A DNA stretch of 64,000 nt from Candidatus Omnitrophota bacterium (GCA_041663665.1 JBAYMG010000003.1:3991-67990), one strand, 5' to 3'; positions 1 to 10,416 are shown, counted from the first letter of the stretch. Program-made: numbers and translations. Notes: generated from the sequence alone by a model not told the origin.

Positions 1-29
1 AATATTTAAAATACTCCGGGGTTAATTTC

Positions 30-533
30 TTGGTGCAAGGTCCGGCTAACTGGGTTGATTATGGAAGGCTTAACCTCGAAGGTAATAATATATTTTCTAT
101 TCCGATTAAACCAGACATCAGGGTTGATGAAGTACATTTTTTGCTGGGAGGCAATTATAGTAATAGTTATGAGCATGATTCGTTAATGCGCTTATATGGA
201 GACAAATATTTCTACGCAGTGCTAAAAGTTATTTTTGTTTATCAGGATGGTGTCTATAAAGAGCTTTCTGTGCCAGTTTTTTGGGATTGGTTTCGGATTA
301 ACCTTGGCGTATGGTCTAAAAACGGGGCAAGGATTGAATCTTTGGGGGAGAATCCGGTACGCAAAGATTGTAATATATTCCATGCCAGTTTTATTAATCC
401 CCGGCCGCTTGAGATGGTAAAAGATATTTTAGTTACGGATAGCTGGATAGATGATCGTCCGTTTTCAGATGTTTTTGCGGTTACGCTTAAGTCTTCTGAT
501 GTGTTCGAAGCAGCAGCAAAAGAAGGGAAATAG
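30..533 (+). CDS. hypothetical protein, possibly 5'-truncated by the window edge
   Basis: ORF track entry (TTG at 30). The frame stays open back to position 3, so the true start may lie upstream of the window. No recognisable catalytic motif. Stop is 1 nt before the purD start. Confidence 0.4.
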   Translation: MVQGPANWVDYGRLNLEGNNIFSIPIKPDIRVDEVHFLLGGNYSNSYEHDSLMRLYGDKYFYAVLKVIFVYQDGVYKELSVPVFWDWFRINLGVWSKNGARIESLGENPVRKDCNIFHASFINPRPLEMVKDILVTDSWIDDRPFSDVFAVTLKSSDVFEAAAKEGK

Positions 534-1805
534 ATGCGGATATTAGTTATTGGTTCCGGCGGCCGCGAGCATGCGCTAATTTGGAAGATTGCGCAATCAA
601 AGCTAACGGATAAGATTTTTTGCGCTCCCGGTAACGGCGGGATTGGACAGCTCGCTGAATGTATTGCTATAAAAGCAGATGATGTTTTTGGCTTACTTGA
701 ATTTGCCAGAAAAGAAAAAATTAACTTGACTGTGGTCGGCCCTGAAGTGCCTTTGGCTTTAGGTATTGTTGATGAGTTTGAGAAAGCCGGGTTAGAAGTT
801 TTTGGGCCGAATAAACAAGCTGCAAATTTAGAGGCAAGTAAAGTTTTTTCTAAAGAACTGATGGCAAAATATAAAGTACCTACTGCCGAGTTTAAAGTTT
901 TTGATAATCCTGACCAGGCAAAAAAGTATATTGAGAAAATCGGCTGTCCTTGTGTAGTTAAGGCTGATGGTTTAGCTGCCGGCAAAGGTGTAGTTGTGGC
1001 TAAAACTGTTGATCAGGCAATTGCGGCAGTAACTTCGATTATGCAGGATAAGGTCTTTGGCGATGCCGGTAAAAAGATAATTATTGAAGAGTGTTTGGTT
1101 GGACAGGAAGCATCAATTTTGGTTATTACCGATTCAAAAAAAGTAATAGCTTTAGCTTCGGCTCAGGACCATAAAAGAGTTTTTGATAATGATCAGGGAC
1201 CGAATACCGGAGGCATGGGTGTATATTCCCCGGCTGCGATAGTTACCGCGGATATTTTAAACGAAGTAATGGAGAAAATAATTTACCGCACCATTGATGG
1301 TTTGGCTAAAGAGGGAATAGCTTACCGGGGAGTTTTATATGCCGGGGTAATGTTAACTTGCGATGGCCCGAAAGCTTTAGAGTTTAATGTGCGTTTTGGC
1401 GATCCTGAAACAGAAGCAATCTTGCCAAGATTAAAATCCGATCTGGTGGAGGTAATGCTGGCAACCAGTCAGGGAAAACTTGTAAAAATAAAAAAATTAG
1501 AATGGGATAATCGTGCTTGTGTATGTGTTATTTGCGCAAGCCATGGTTATCCGGGTAATTACGCTTTAGATAAAGAGATTAGCGGCCTGGATGAAGCCGC
1601 TCAATTAAAAGATATAGTTATCTTTCATGCCGGTACTAAGAAAGTGGGAAATAAAATTTTAACTAGCGGCGGCAGGGTTTTAGGCGTAACCGGGCTAGGC
1701 GTGACAGTTAAGGATGCAATAAATAAGACTTATTCGGCGGTAAGTAAAATAAATTTTGAAGGCATGCATTATCGTAAGGATATCGGGCAAAAAGCTTTAA
1801 GGTAA
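534..1805 (+). CDS. purD: phosphoribosylamine--glycine ligase (GAR synthetase)
   Basis: N-terminus MRILVIGSGGREHALIWKIAQS, an ATP-grasp core, 423 aa; typical PurD. Confidence 0.95.
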   Translation: MRILVIGSGGREHALIWKIAQSKLTDKIFCAPGNGGIGQLAECIAIKADDVFGLLEFARKEKINLTVVGPEVPLALGIVDEFEKAGLEVFGPNKQAANLEASKVFSKELMAKYKVPTAEFKVFDNPDQAKKYIEKIGCPCVVKADGLAAGKGVVVAKTVDQAIAAVTSIMQDKVFGDAGKKIIIEECLVGQEASILVITDSKKVIALASAQDHKRVFDNDQGPNTGGMGVYSPAAIVTADILNEVMEKIIYRTIDGLAKEGIAYRGVLYAGVMLTCDGPKALEFNVRFGDPETEAILPRLKSDLVEVMLATSQGKLVKIKKLEWDNRACVCVICASHGYPGNYALDKEISGLDEAAQLKDIVIFHAGTKKVGNKILTSGGRVLGVTGLGVTVKDAINKTYSAVSKINFEGMHYRKDIGQKALR

Positions 1806-1816
1806 AGGGGGAAGAT

Positions 1817-2299
1817 ATGGCAAGAGTGAGTATACTTATGGGCAGCCAGTCAGATTTAGAAACGGTAAATGAAGCAATTAGTGTTTTAAAGGAATTTAAA
1901 GTAGATTTTGAGGCTAAAGTTTTATCGGCGCATAGAACACCTAAAGAGGTGGCGCAATATGTTCAGCAAGCGCCTAAAGCCGGAACAAAGGTTTTTATTG
2001 CTGCTGCCGGAATGTCTGCAGCGTTAGCCGGAGTGGTAGCTGCGCATACAACTTTGCCGGTCATTGGCATACCGATTGAAACAAAAAATTTAAAAGGCCT
2101 GGATTCGCTTTTGTCAACTGTGCAGATGCCCCCGGGGGTTCCGGTTGCTTGTATGGCGATTGGTAAGTCTGGTGCAAAGAATGCCGCACTTTTTGCGCTT
2201 GAAATTTTAGGTGTTACTGATCTTAAGATTAGTGCAAAATTAGCCGGTTATAAAAAGCAAATGCGCTTAAAGATAAAAAAGATTAAAATTAAATTATGA
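1817..2299 (+). CDS. purE: N5-carboxyaminoimidazole ribonucleotide mutase (PurE)
   Basis: MARVSILMGSQSDLETV...SAHRTP...AAGMSAALAGVVAA, 160 aa. GGGGGAAG Shine-Dalgarno 5 nt upstream. Confidence 0.93.
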   Translation: MARVSILMGSQSDLETVNEAISVLKEFKVDFEAKVLSAHRTPKEVAQYVQQAPKAGTKVFIAAAGMSAALAGVVAAHTTLPVIGIPIETKNLKGLDSLLSTVQMPPGVPVACMAIGKSGAKNAALFALEILGVTDLKISAKLAGYKKQMRLKIKKIKIKL

Positions 2300-3357
2300 G
2301 TTTGACCAGAATAGTTAAAGTTAATCCGCTTGATCCTGAAGAGGCAGGCATTAAGCAGGCAGCTAAAGTTATAGCCGGCGGCGGATTAGTAATTATTCCT
2401 ACTGAAACTGTTTATGGTGTTGCGGCGAATGCTTTGGACAAAAAGGCGCTCGACAGGCTTTATGAAATTAAAAAACGGCCTAAAGATAAACCTTTTGCCA
2501 TACTCATCGGACAGCTGGACAAGGTGGAGGAATTTGCTTGCGATATTCCGGCGGCTGCTTATAAATTGATCAATAAGTTTTGGCCGGGCCCTTTAACGAT
2601 TTTATTGAAAGCTAAAACTCAGGGCAAGGTTGGCTTGCGTATGCCGGATAATCAGGTTGCTTTAGATATTATTGCTCAAGCAGCAGTTCCGGTAGCTTGT
2701 CCTTCAGCTAATATCAGCGATAATTTAGCTCCGGCTGATTTTAAACAAGCAATTAAAGATTTGGATGGTTTGGTGGATTTGGCCATTGATGCCGGACAGG
2801 CAGCCTTAGGAATAGAATCCACTATTGTGGATTTAACAGTTATCCCGTTTAAAATAATTAGAAGCGGGGCGATAAAAGATGAAGATATAATTTCTACCGT
2901 TAAAAATAAGAAAGTACTTTTTGTCTGTACAGGTAATTCCTGCCGTTCGGTAATGGCTGAGGCGTATTTAAAGAAACTTTTAGCAAGAGACAGAAGATCT
3001 GATGTCCAGGTTAGTTCTGCCGGCATGATGGCGCTTGAGGGAATGGGTGCCAGTGGTGAGACGCGCCAGGTTTTGGAAGCAGAAGGTATAGATGCAGGAA
3101 CTCATCGTTCAGTAAGAGTGAGCAAAGAGTTAGTCGATCAGTCAGATATTATTTTGGTTATGGAAAAGATACATGAGGAGAGAATTCTGCAGCTTGCTCC
3201 GGAAGTAAAGAATAGGCTTTTTTTATTAAAAGAATTTGCTAAGATAAATGATAGTAATTTGAATATTTCCGATCCTATTGGAGGGTCTTTGGAATTTTAT
3301 CAAGAGGTGTTTTCGGTTATTAAAGATGCCGTAGAAAGGATAAGTAAGATTATATGA
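2296..3357 (+). CDS. fusion protein: L-threonylcarbamoyladenylate synthase domain (YrdC/TsaC, Sua5_yciO_yrdC) + C-terminal low-molecular-weight protein tyrosine/arginine phosphatase domain
   Basis: N-terminal ~190 aa IIPTETVYGVAANALD...WPGPLTILL (YrdC fold). C-terminal ~150 aa VLFVCTGNSCRSVMAEAY (CX5R P-loop) and ISDPIGG (DP motif) of LMW-PTP. Start overlaps the purE stop (ATGA). Confidence 0.85.
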   Translation: MSLTRIVKVNPLDPEEAGIKQAAKVIAGGGLVIIPTETVYGVAANALDKKALDRLYEIKKRPKDKPFAILIGQLDKVEEFACDIPAAAYKLINKFWPGPLTILLKAKTQGKVGLRMPDNQVALDIIAQAAVPVACPSANISDNLAPADFKQAIKDLDGLVDLAIDAGQAALGIESTIVDLTVIPFKIIRSGAIKDEDIISTVKNKKVLFVCTGNSCRSVMAEAYLKKLLARDRRSDVQVSSAGMMALEGMGASGETRQVLEAEGIDAGTHRSVRVSKELVDQSDIILVMEKIHEERILQLAPEVKNRLFLLKEFAKINDSNLNISDPIGGSLEFYQEVFSVIKDAVERISKII

Positions 3358-3854
3358 ACCCAATATTAATTGCTTCAGATCACGCCGGATTTGACTTAAA
3401 GGAAAAAATAATGACCTTTCTTATAAAAAAAGGAATTAGGGTCAAGGATTTGGGTACGTATTCTAAGGAGAGCTGTGATTATCCGGTTTATGCCTACGAA
3501 TTAGCTAAAAATATTTCTTCCGGTAAATATCAGCGCGGTATACTTATTTGTAAAAGCGGAATTGGAAATTCCATTGTTGCGAATAGATTGCGTGGTGTAC
3601 GCGCGGCACTTTGTCATTGTGTTAAAATAACTAAACTTAGCCGTGAGCATAATGATAGTAATGTTTTAGTAATGGGCTCAGGTTTTGTCAAAGCGGATCT
3701 GGCTAAAAGAATGGTTTTAGCCTGGATAAATACTAAATTTTTAGGGGGAAGGCATTTAAGAAGAGTGAAATTAATTGACAGCATTGATAAAAAAAATAAT
3801 AACTCGTGTCAGGTAGCGCAGTGTGCCCGTGTGGGCAAGGAGTGTGTAAAGTGA
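3354..3854 (+). CDS. rpiB: ribose-5-phosphate isomerase B
   Basis: [19 protein letters not shown]...[24 protein letters not shown]; RpiB/LacAB family. It has a ~20 aa Cys-containing C-terminal tail that overlaps the glyA start. Confidence 0.88.
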   Translation: MNPILIASDHAGFDLKEKIMTFLIKKGIRVKDLGTYSKESCDYPVYAYELAKNISSGKYQRGILICKSGIGNSIVANRLRGVRAALCHCVKITKLSREHNDSNVLVMGSGFVKADLAKRMVLAWINTKFLGGRHLRRVKLIDSIDKKNNNSCQVAQCARVGKECVK

Positions 3855-5098
3855 AAGATTTAAAACAAACAGATCCGGAAGTTTTTGCGGCAATTCAAAA
3901 AGAAGTTGTACGCCAGAATGATAATTTAGAGTTGATTGCTTCGGAGAATTTTACTTCGTTGGCGGTTTTAGAAGCACAAGGTTCAGTGTTAACTAATAAA
4001 TATGCTGAAGGCTATCCCGGTAAACGTTGGTATGGAGGATGCGAAAACGTCGATATTGTGGAGAGCCTGGCAATTGAACGGGCCAAAGCAATATTCGATG
4101 CTGAGCATGTCAATGTCCAGCCGCATTCCGGATCCCAGGCAAACATGGCGGTTTATTTTGCGGCGGTAAATCCCGGGGATACGGTATTGGCTATGGATTT
4201 GTCAGCCGGCGGACATCTTACACACGGCCATCCGCATAATTTTTCCGGAAGATTTTTTAAGATGGTTGGTTATGGCGTAGATAAAAAAACTGAAGCTTTG
4301 GATTATGACTCAATCCAGGAGTTAGCGAAGATACATAAGCCGAGAATGATTTTAGCCGGGGCTTCGGCATACCCAAGAATAATTGACTTTAAAAGATTCC
4401 GCCAGATTGCCGATAGTGTCGGGGCATATTTATTTGTCGATATGGCGCATATTGCCGGATTAGTTGCTGCAGGTTTGCATCCATCACCGGTGCCTTATGC
4501 CGAATTTGTTACTTCGACTACCCATAAAACTTTACGTGGCCCGCGCGGAGGGATTATTCTTTGTAAGAAAGAGTTTGCTAAAAAAATTGACAGCCAGATT
4601 TTTCCCGGAATTCAAGGCGGACCATTGATGCATGTAATTGCCGCAAAAGCTGTGGCATTCTGTGAAGTTTTAACTGATGAGTTTAAGCAATACCAGGTTC
4701 AGCTGACTAAAAATGCAGTGGAACTAGCTGTTTCTTTAGAGAAAAAGGGTTTTCGTATTGTTTCCGGAGGCACGGATACGCATTTAATGCTGGTGGATTT
4801 AAATTCGAAGAATATTACCGGCAGCGATGCTTCCAGGGTATTGGGGGAGGTTAATATAACCGTAAATAAAAACCTTATTCCTTTTGATCAAAAGAGCCCG
4901 TTAGTTACCAGCGGCATTCGCTTGGGAACTGCAGCGGTTAGTACACGTAAGATGAAAGAATCAGAAATGCAGAAAATTGCCAGCTTAATCAATGATGCGT
5001 TGGAAAATTATGACCGGCCTGAAAAATTAGCTCAGGTTAAAAAAGAGACTGTTGCTTTAACTAAAAAATTCCCAATATATTCGGAGTTATTAAAATAA
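3851..5098 (+). CDS. glyA: serine hydroxymethyltransferase
   Basis: Full-length SHMT ([14 protein letters not shown]-Lys region [12 protein letters not shown]). I prefer the GTG at 3851 (AAGGAG 10 nt upstream, N-terminus [12 protein letters not shown] matches SHMT length) over the track ATG at 3806. It overlaps the rpiB stop by 4 nt. Confidence 0.92.
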   Translation: MKDLKQTDPEVFAAIQKEVVRQNDNLELIASENFTSLAVLEAQGSVLTNKYAEGYPGKRWYGGCENVDIVESLAIERAKAIFDAEHVNVQPHSGSQANMAVYFAAVNPGDTVLAMDLSAGGHLTHGHPHNFSGRFFKMVGYGVDKKTEALDYDSIQELAKIHKPRMILAGASAYPRIIDFKRFRQIADSVGAYLFVDMAHIAGLVAAGLHPSPVPYAEFVTSTTHKTLRGPRGGIILCKKEFAKKIDSQIFPGIQGGPLMHVIAAKAVAFCEVLTDEFKQYQVQLTKNAVELAVSLEKKGFRIVSGGTDTHLMLVDLNSKNITGSDASRVLGEVNITVNKNLIPFDQKSPLVTSGIRLGTAAVSTRKMKESEMQKIASLINDALENYDRPEKLAQVKKETVALTKKFPIYSELLK

Positions 5099-5099
5099 T

Positions 5100-5561
5100 A
5101 TGAAAAAAAAGATACTTGCACATAAACGGCCCAGTTGGGATGAATATTTTCTAGAGATGGCCTCTTTGGTGGCTAAACGGTCTACTTGTCTGCGCCGCAG
5201 GGTTGGAGCTGTTTTGGTAAGAGATAAAAGGATTTTAGCTACTGGTTATAATGGCGCACCCAGCGGTTTAAAACATTGTATTGAAATCGGCTGTTTGCGC
5301 CAGAAGTTGAAAGTTCCCTCTGGAGAGCGCCATGAATTATGCCGTGCACTGCACGCTGAACAGAACGCGTTGATTCAGGCATCTTTGCATGGTATAAGCG
5401 TCAAGGCAGCTATATTATATACTACCACCCAGCCTTGTGTTATTTGTGCCAAGATGCTGATTAATGCCGGGATAAAAGAGATTGTTATGACTCAAGGTTA
5501 TCCGGATAAAATGGCTATGGATTTTCTAAAGCAGGCAAAAATTAAAATAAGAAAAATATGA
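5100..5561 (+). CDS. dCMP deaminase (ComEB-type cytidine/deoxycytidylate deaminase)
   Basis: HAEQNAL zinc motif and PCVICAKML; 153 aa; dCMP deaminase family. Confidence 0.8.
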   Translation: MKKKILAHKRPSWDEYFLEMASLVAKRSTCLRRRVGAVLVRDKRILATGYNGAPSGLKHCIEIGCLRQKLKVPSGERHELCRALHAEQNALIQASLHGISVKAAILYTTTQPCVICAKMLINAGIKEIVMTQGYPDKMAMDFLKQAKIKIRKI

Positions 5562-6028
5562 GATGTCCGTTTTGCGGGTATAAAGAAGATAAAGTCGTGG
5601 ATTCCCGTGCTACCGCTGAGGAGTCGGCAGTCCGGCGCAGAAGGGAATGTTTAAAATGCGGTAAGCGTTTTACTACTTATGAATATGTTGAAGAGAATTC
5701 ATTGCTGGTAATTAAGAAAGATGGCCGGCGCGAAGCATTTGACCGGAAGAAGATTCTGGCCGGTATAATCCGGGCTTGTGAAAAAAGGCCGGTGAGTGTT
5801 GAGAAGATGGATGATGTGGTTATTCAGGTTGAGCGTTTGATTGCTAAAAAAAGCGACCGTGAAGTTTCCTCGAGTAAAATAGGCGAGTTGGTTATGGAGA
5901 AGCTTAAGTCTATTGATGATGTTGCTTATGTGCGTTTTGCTTCGGTCTACCGGCAGTTTAAAGATGTCGGCCAATTTATGGTCGAATTAAAGGATATTTT
6001 GGGTAAGGATAAAAAGAAAAAGGGTTAA
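5558..6028 (+). CDS. nrdR: transcriptional repressor NrdR
   Basis: [22 protein letters not shown]...[20 protein letters not shown] zinc ribbon followed by an ATP-cone; start overlaps the upstream stop. Confidence 0.93.
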   Translation: MRCPFCGYKEDKVVDSRATAEESAVRRRRECLKCGKRFTTYEYVEENSLLVIKKDGRREAFDRKKILAGIIRACEKRPVSVEKMDDVVIQVERLIAKKSDREVSSSKIGELVMEKLKSIDDVAYVRFASVYRQFKDVGQFMVELKDILGKDKKKKG

Positions 6029-6029
6029 T

Positions 6030-6443
6030 ATGATTGAGATGGAGCTGAATAAAATTGTTATTGATGAGAAAAGGCATGACCAGCTGATTGTTTTAAAAGA
6101 AAAAGGGGGCAGCCGGGTTTTACCGATAGTTATCGGTTTAAATGAAGCCTCAGCGATTAAATTAAAAATCAGCGGTTTTAACCCGCCTCGGCCCTTGACT
6201 CACGATTTAATTTTTACCATGCTTAATAATCTTAATGCAACTATTGATAAGGTGCTCATTGATAAACTGGAAGAGAATACATTTCATGCTAAGATTATTA
6301 TTAAGGCCTCAGACGGCCAGTTTAAGACTGTTGACGCCCGGCCAAGCGATAGCATTGCTTTGGCAGTGAGGTTTCATGCACCAATATTTGTTGAAGAAGG
6401 AATTATTAATCAGTATGAGATTTTTAATAAAGATAAGCTTTAG
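6030..6443 (+). CDS. bifunctional nuclease (BFN/DUF151) domain protein
   Basis: LIVLKEKGGSRVLPIVIGLNEASAIKLKISGFNPPRPLTHDLIFTML, the typical BFN fold sequence; 137 aa. Confidence 0.7.
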   Translation: MIEMELNKIVIDEKRHDQLIVLKEKGGSRVLPIVIGLNEASAIKLKISGFNPPRPLTHDLIFTMLNNLNATIDKVLIDKLEENTFHAKIIIKASDGQFKTVDARPSDSIALAVRFHAPIFVEEGIINQYEIFNKDKL

Positions 6444-6469
6444 CTTAAATCCTTAGCCCTACACATTTA

Positions 6470-7960
6470 ATGCTTGTTCGTTGCACTCACAAATATTTCA
6501 CTAAATCAAAACTTATGATGCTTAAATTCAGCGAAAAAGAAAAAGATATTTTAAAGCCGGTTTATAACTTTGCTTTAGCTAAAAAAGTAAAGTTATTTCT
6601 TGTCGGGGGGGCTTTGCGTGATTTAATCCTTAAAAGAACGAAAGTAAATCCGGATTTTGATTTTTGTTTAAAAAAAGGAGCATTAACGTTTGGCCGCCGG
6701 CTCGCCCAGGAGATAAGAGCGGCTTTTGTAGTGTTGGATGAAGAGCATGCTGCTTGCCGCCTGGTTAAGAAAATTGACGGCCAAGTTTATACATTTGATC
6801 TATCGGATTTTCGTGCGGAAACTTTAGAAAGAGACCTGTTGCACCGGGATTTTACGATAAATTCTTTAGCTTTAGAGTTAAAGCATGTTTTTACAGGGCA
6901 AGACTTAGAGGAGTTAATTATTGACCCGAATTCCGGAAGAGGTGACATAAAGCGTAAAGTAATAAAAGTTACCAGCAAAGATTCTTTTAGCGAGGATCCT
7001 TTGAGAATCCTGCGGGCTTTCAGTTTAAGTTGTATTTTAAAATTTAATTTAGACAGAGAAACATTAGCTTTATCCAAAAAAGAAAGAAATAAGATTAGCG
7101 GTGTTTCAGCTGAACGTGTTCGCGAAGAGTTATTTAAAATCCTGGATAGCGGTTCAGCTTATGATTCTTTAGTAATTCTGGATAGACTTAAGATCCTGGA
7201 GATTATTTTTCCAGAAATTAAACCCATGCGCAAGATCGGGCAGGGGCCGCATCATCACCTGGATGTTTGGCAGCACACTTTGGAAACATTGAATCAGTTT
7301 GAGCTGATATTGAAATCGGTTAAGCGCGAAGAGATAAACAGTTATCTTAATGAAGAGGTTTCCGGGCTACGTAAAAGATCAAGCCTTTTAAAATTAGCTT
7401 GCATCTTGCACGATGTGGGGAAGCCTAAAGCATTACGCAGAGAAAAAGGGAAGATTATTTTTCACGGCCATGAGCGTGTGGGTTTGGGCTTAACCCGCGT
7501 TATTTGCCGCAGATTAAAATTATCCAATGAGGAATGCCGCTGTTTAGAGAGAATTGTGCTTTGGCATTTAAGGCCGGGATATTTGGCTTCAAGCAAGCGT
7601 CCTACCCAACGGGCGATCTTTCGTTATTTCCGGGACACAGGCAGCGATGCGTTAGCTGTGCTTTTGTTGTCTTTAGCTGATCAGCGTGCAACCAAAGGCC
7701 CTTTGGCTACGGCTCTTTCACGCGTCTGCCATGAGCGGACAGTTAAAGCGTTAATTAATAAATTATTAAAGAAAAACAGCGAAATTAAGCCAATGCGTTT
7801 TTTAAACGGCAATGATCTTATGAATAAATTTAAATTAGCAGCTTCGCCTTTGATTGGCAAGGTGCTTAGCCGATTAGAGGAGTCACAGGCTATCGGTATG
7901 ATTAAAAATAAAAAAGAAGCTTTAAGCCTGGCGGCAAAAATAATTAAACAACAGAAATGA
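6470..7960 (+). CDS. cca: CCA tRNA nucleotidyltransferase (PolyA_pol head + HD domain)
   Basis: LFLVGGALRDLILKR head domain and HD motif HHHLDVWQHTLE...LHDVGKP. The true start may be an internal ATG at 6515/6518, since there is no SD at 6470. Confidence 0.85.
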   Translation: MLVRCTHKYFTKSKLMMLKFSEKEKDILKPVYNFALAKKVKLFLVGGALRDLILKRTKVNPDFDFCLKKGALTFGRRLAQEIRAAFVVLDEEHAACRLVKKIDGQVYTFDLSDFRAETLERDLLHRDFTINSLALELKHVFTGQDLEELIIDPNSGRGDIKRKVIKVTSKDSFSEDPLRILRAFSLSCILKFNLDRETLALSKKERNKISGVSAERVREELFKILDSGSAYDSLVILDRLKILEIIFPEIKPMRKIGQGPHHHLDVWQHTLETLNQFELILKSVKREEINSYLNEEVSGLRKRSSLLKLACILHDVGKPKALRREKGKIIFHGHERVGLGLTRVICRRLKLSNEECRCLERIVLWHLRPGYLASSKRPTQRAIFRYFRDTGSDALAVLLLSLADQRATKGPLATALSRVCHERTVKALINKLLKKNSEIKPMRFLNGNDLMNKFKLAASPLIGKVLSRLEESQAIGMIKNKKEALSLAAKIIKQQK

Positions 7961-10389
7961 AAAAGTTTATTATAATCGGAATAATCCTATTTATAATTTC
8001 TTTAGGGGCTATTGCCTATTTAAATAAAGTAATCCTTCCTCAAAAAATCAAATCCCTGATTATATCTACGTTAAAAAAGCAGACCGGTAAAGATGTTACT
8101 ATAAAATCTCTGGAGTTTAGTTTATTCAAAGGTTTAGTCTTGCGTGATTTGGTTGTTACTGATAATCAAAATGTAATTTTAAGTACGCGTCAGGCGGACT
8201 GTAGCATCTTTATCTGGCCGATTTTTAAAAAACAGATTATTATTCCGAGTATTGCTCTGAGAAGCCCGTATATTTTCCTCGAGCGCAGGCAGGATCAAAG
8301 TTTTAACCTGCAGGACCTTTTTACCCCTGCTATTCCGGCTAAACCGGCGGATTTCAGTATTACTGTTTTTAAGGTAAGCGTAGTGAATGGTAATGTTGTT
8401 TTTCAGGATGATACGTTGGCAGTAAAATTTAAGAAAGAATTAAAAAATATTCAATTTAGTTTGCATTTGGGCCTACCGGTTAATATCAAATTTAATTTTA
8501 AAGGTGAAATTTCGAATAATCCTTCGGTTTTTATTGATGCTACCGGTGAATACAAAATCTTGAACCGGGAATTAGTTAGTAAAGTAACGGTTAAGAATTT
8601 ATCAATGGGAGAGTTTGCTGTTTATTACAATAATTTAAGCGGCTCAGTCTCAGGGTTGGTTAATTTAGATGCGCAGATTAATTTCAAGGGCCAAATGTTG
8701 CAGGCCTATGTTAATGCTAAAGCGGACAGCCTGGTTTTGGCAAAAGATAAATTAAAAGCTAAAATAAACTTAAATATTCAAACAAAAATTAATTATGACC
8801 TTGGAAGTAAAGTGTTTAGTTTTGATGGTTTATGCGATATTTTGCAGGCTGATATTTCGGGGATAGACTTTGTGGATGGTATTAAAAATTTGCGCGGCAA
8901 GTTTACTTTTAATCAGGATTCTTTAGTTGCGGAAAATTTAAAAGCAGAATTATTAGGTAAGCAGTTTGAAATTAAGCTAGGGGTCAAAGATTTTAATACC
9001 CCGGTGTTAAGCATCGATACAGATTTAGATTTAAATTATTTACCCAGTATCCTTAAGGATAGGTTTAAATTTACGATGATCGATTCAGCCAGCGGTAAGT
9101 CAACGCTATCAATCAAAGCATATCCGGGCAAGAATGGTGACTGGGCGCTCCGCGGGGATATGAATATTAAGGCAGCTAGTTTAAAGCTGGAGAAGCAAAA
9201 TGTCCCGGTAGAAAATATTTCGTTGAAATTAGCATTCAGCCAGGATGGCCTCAATTGGGAGAATGCTAAATTTAAATACCAGGGGATCGATTTTGAGAGT
9301 AGCGGTACTTTAGTTAATTTTGTTTCACCGGGCATTAAGTTAAAACTTTATTCCGCAGATTTATCCCTAGTTTCAGAGTTTGATTGTTCAGGTAAGAAGC
9401 TAAAACTTAGCCAGCTTAAAGGTAAATATCTTGATTCGCAATTTTTAATCAGCGGAGATATAGATAATACTAATCCTGAAAAACTACAGGTAGATTTAAA
9501 TGGTCAGGTTAATCTGGTGCTGGGAGATTTAAACCGGATATTGGCTAAACAGTATCCGGCAATAAAAACCATGAAGTTAGCCGGGCAGGTGGACATAAAA
9601 TTTAATTTGAATGGTGCTCCGGTTGATTTTAAAAACTGTTACCTGCGGGCGAAACTTACGAGCAATAATTTTTCTGGGTATGGCTTGCATGCGCAAAATT
9701 TGAATTTCGATTTTTTCCAGGATCAAAAAATAGTTAAGATTTCTGCCTTTCGTATTGGTTTTTATGATGGGTTAATTGAAGGTAGCGCTGAGTTAAATTT
9801 GGATGATCTTAATCCTGCGTATCAACTGGAGTTAAAGGCTGTGGGAATAAAAATTGAAAAATTAAAGCTGGATACCCCGTCAAAAGATAAAAATATTTCA
9901 GGTACGCTGCTTGGTGAATTAAAGCTCAATGGTTTTTTAAATGATTTAAATAAGTTAAACGGAGGGGGAAGTTTTTCGATCAGTGAAGGTAAACTTTGGG
10001 AGTTGAATTTACTTCAAGGAATAGGAAACATTTTGTTTACTAAGGATTTGGGGAGCATTACATTCTCCGATTGCAGCTCTGATTTTAAGATCAAAGATAA
10101 ATTTGTCTACATGGATAATCTAAAATTGAAAAGTGAAATCGCCAATATTTCCGGGTCTTTAAAAATTGGTTTTGATAGTTCTTTGGATGGGGCTCTAAAT
10201 GTTGAGATTATAAGTGCCATGATTCCGGTAACCGGAACCTTTAAGGATGTCAGTACCGCTATCCTGGGTAATGGCGGAGTATTCGGGGTTATTAAATTAG
10301 GCGGCACCCTTAGTCAGCCGAAGCATAGCTTTAAGCCGGCAGTAAGTAATATTATCCGGGGCTTGACGGATGTAATTTTTGGTAAATAA
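7957..10389 (+). CDS. AsmA-family outer-membrane biogenesis protein
   Basis: N-terminal TM anchor MKKFIIIGIILFIISLGAIAYL followed by ~780 aa of beta-rich repeats typical of the AsmA/TamB-like family; ATGA overlap with cca. Confidence 0.65.
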   Translation: MKKFIIIGIILFIISLGAIAYLNKVILPQKIKSLIISTLKKQTGKDVTIKSLEFSLFKGLVLRDLVVTDNQNVILSTRQADCSIFIWPIFKKQIIIPSIALRSPYIFLERRQDQSFNLQDLFTPAIPAKPADFSITVFKVSVVNGNVVFQDDTLAVKFKKELKNIQFSLHLGLPVNIKFNFKGEISNNPSVFIDATGEYKILNRELVSKVTVKNLSMGEFAVYYNNLSGSVSGLVNLDAQINFKGQMLQAYVNAKADSLVLAKDKLKAKINLNIQTKINYDLGSKVFSFDGLCDILQADISGIDFVDGIKNLRGKFTFNQDSLVAENLKAELLGKQFEIKLGVKDFNTPVLSIDTDLDLNYLPSILKDRFKFTMIDSASGKSTLSIKAYPGKNGDWALRGDMNIKAASLKLEKQNVPVENISLKLAFSQDGLNWENAKFKYQGIDFESSGTLVNFVSPGIKLKLYSADLSLVSEFDCSGKKLKLSQLKGKYLDSQFLISGDIDNTNPEKLQVDLNGQVNLVLGDLNRILAKQYPAIKTMKLAGQVDIKFNLNGAPVDFKNCYLRAKLTSNNFSGYGLHAQNLNFDFFQDQKIVKISAFRIGFYDGLIEGSAELNLDDLNPAYQLELKAVGIKIEKLKLDTPSKDKNISGTLLGELKLNGFLNDLNKLNGGGSFSISEGKLWELNLLQGIGNILFTKDLGSITFSDCSSDFKIKDKFVYMDNLKLKSEIANISGSLKIGFDSSLDGALNVEIISAMIPVTGTFKDVSTAILGNGGVFGVIKLGGTLSQPKHSFKPAVSNIIRGLTDVIFGK

Positions 10390-10416
10390 CACTTTGCTTT
10401 AATATATTGTGCTTTT

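Noticed and set aside
254-985. 243-aa minus-strand ORF overlapping purD and the upstream ORF
   Set aside because: It lies entirely antisense to well-supported + strand genes (purD), has low-complexity Ser/Pro/Ala-rich composition typical of antisense read-through in AT-rich DNA, and has no motif.
2676-3026. 116-aa minus-strand ORF inside the YrdC-PTP gene
   Set aside because: Antisense to a conserved-domain CDS; no motif; spurious.
6605-6611. Homopolymeric G7 tracts (also around 50218-50224 and G6 around 26826) as possible phase-variation sites
   Set aside because: Each is two in-frame GGG glycine codons in a universally conserved Gly-Gly motif of an essential enzyme (cca LVGGALRD, purA QGGNN, lpxK P-loop). 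They are better explained by codon choice than by slipped-strand regulation.
9036-9335. Minus-strand ORFs (9036..9335, 10107..10307) inside the AsmA-family gene
   Set aside because: Antisense shadows of a long + ORF.
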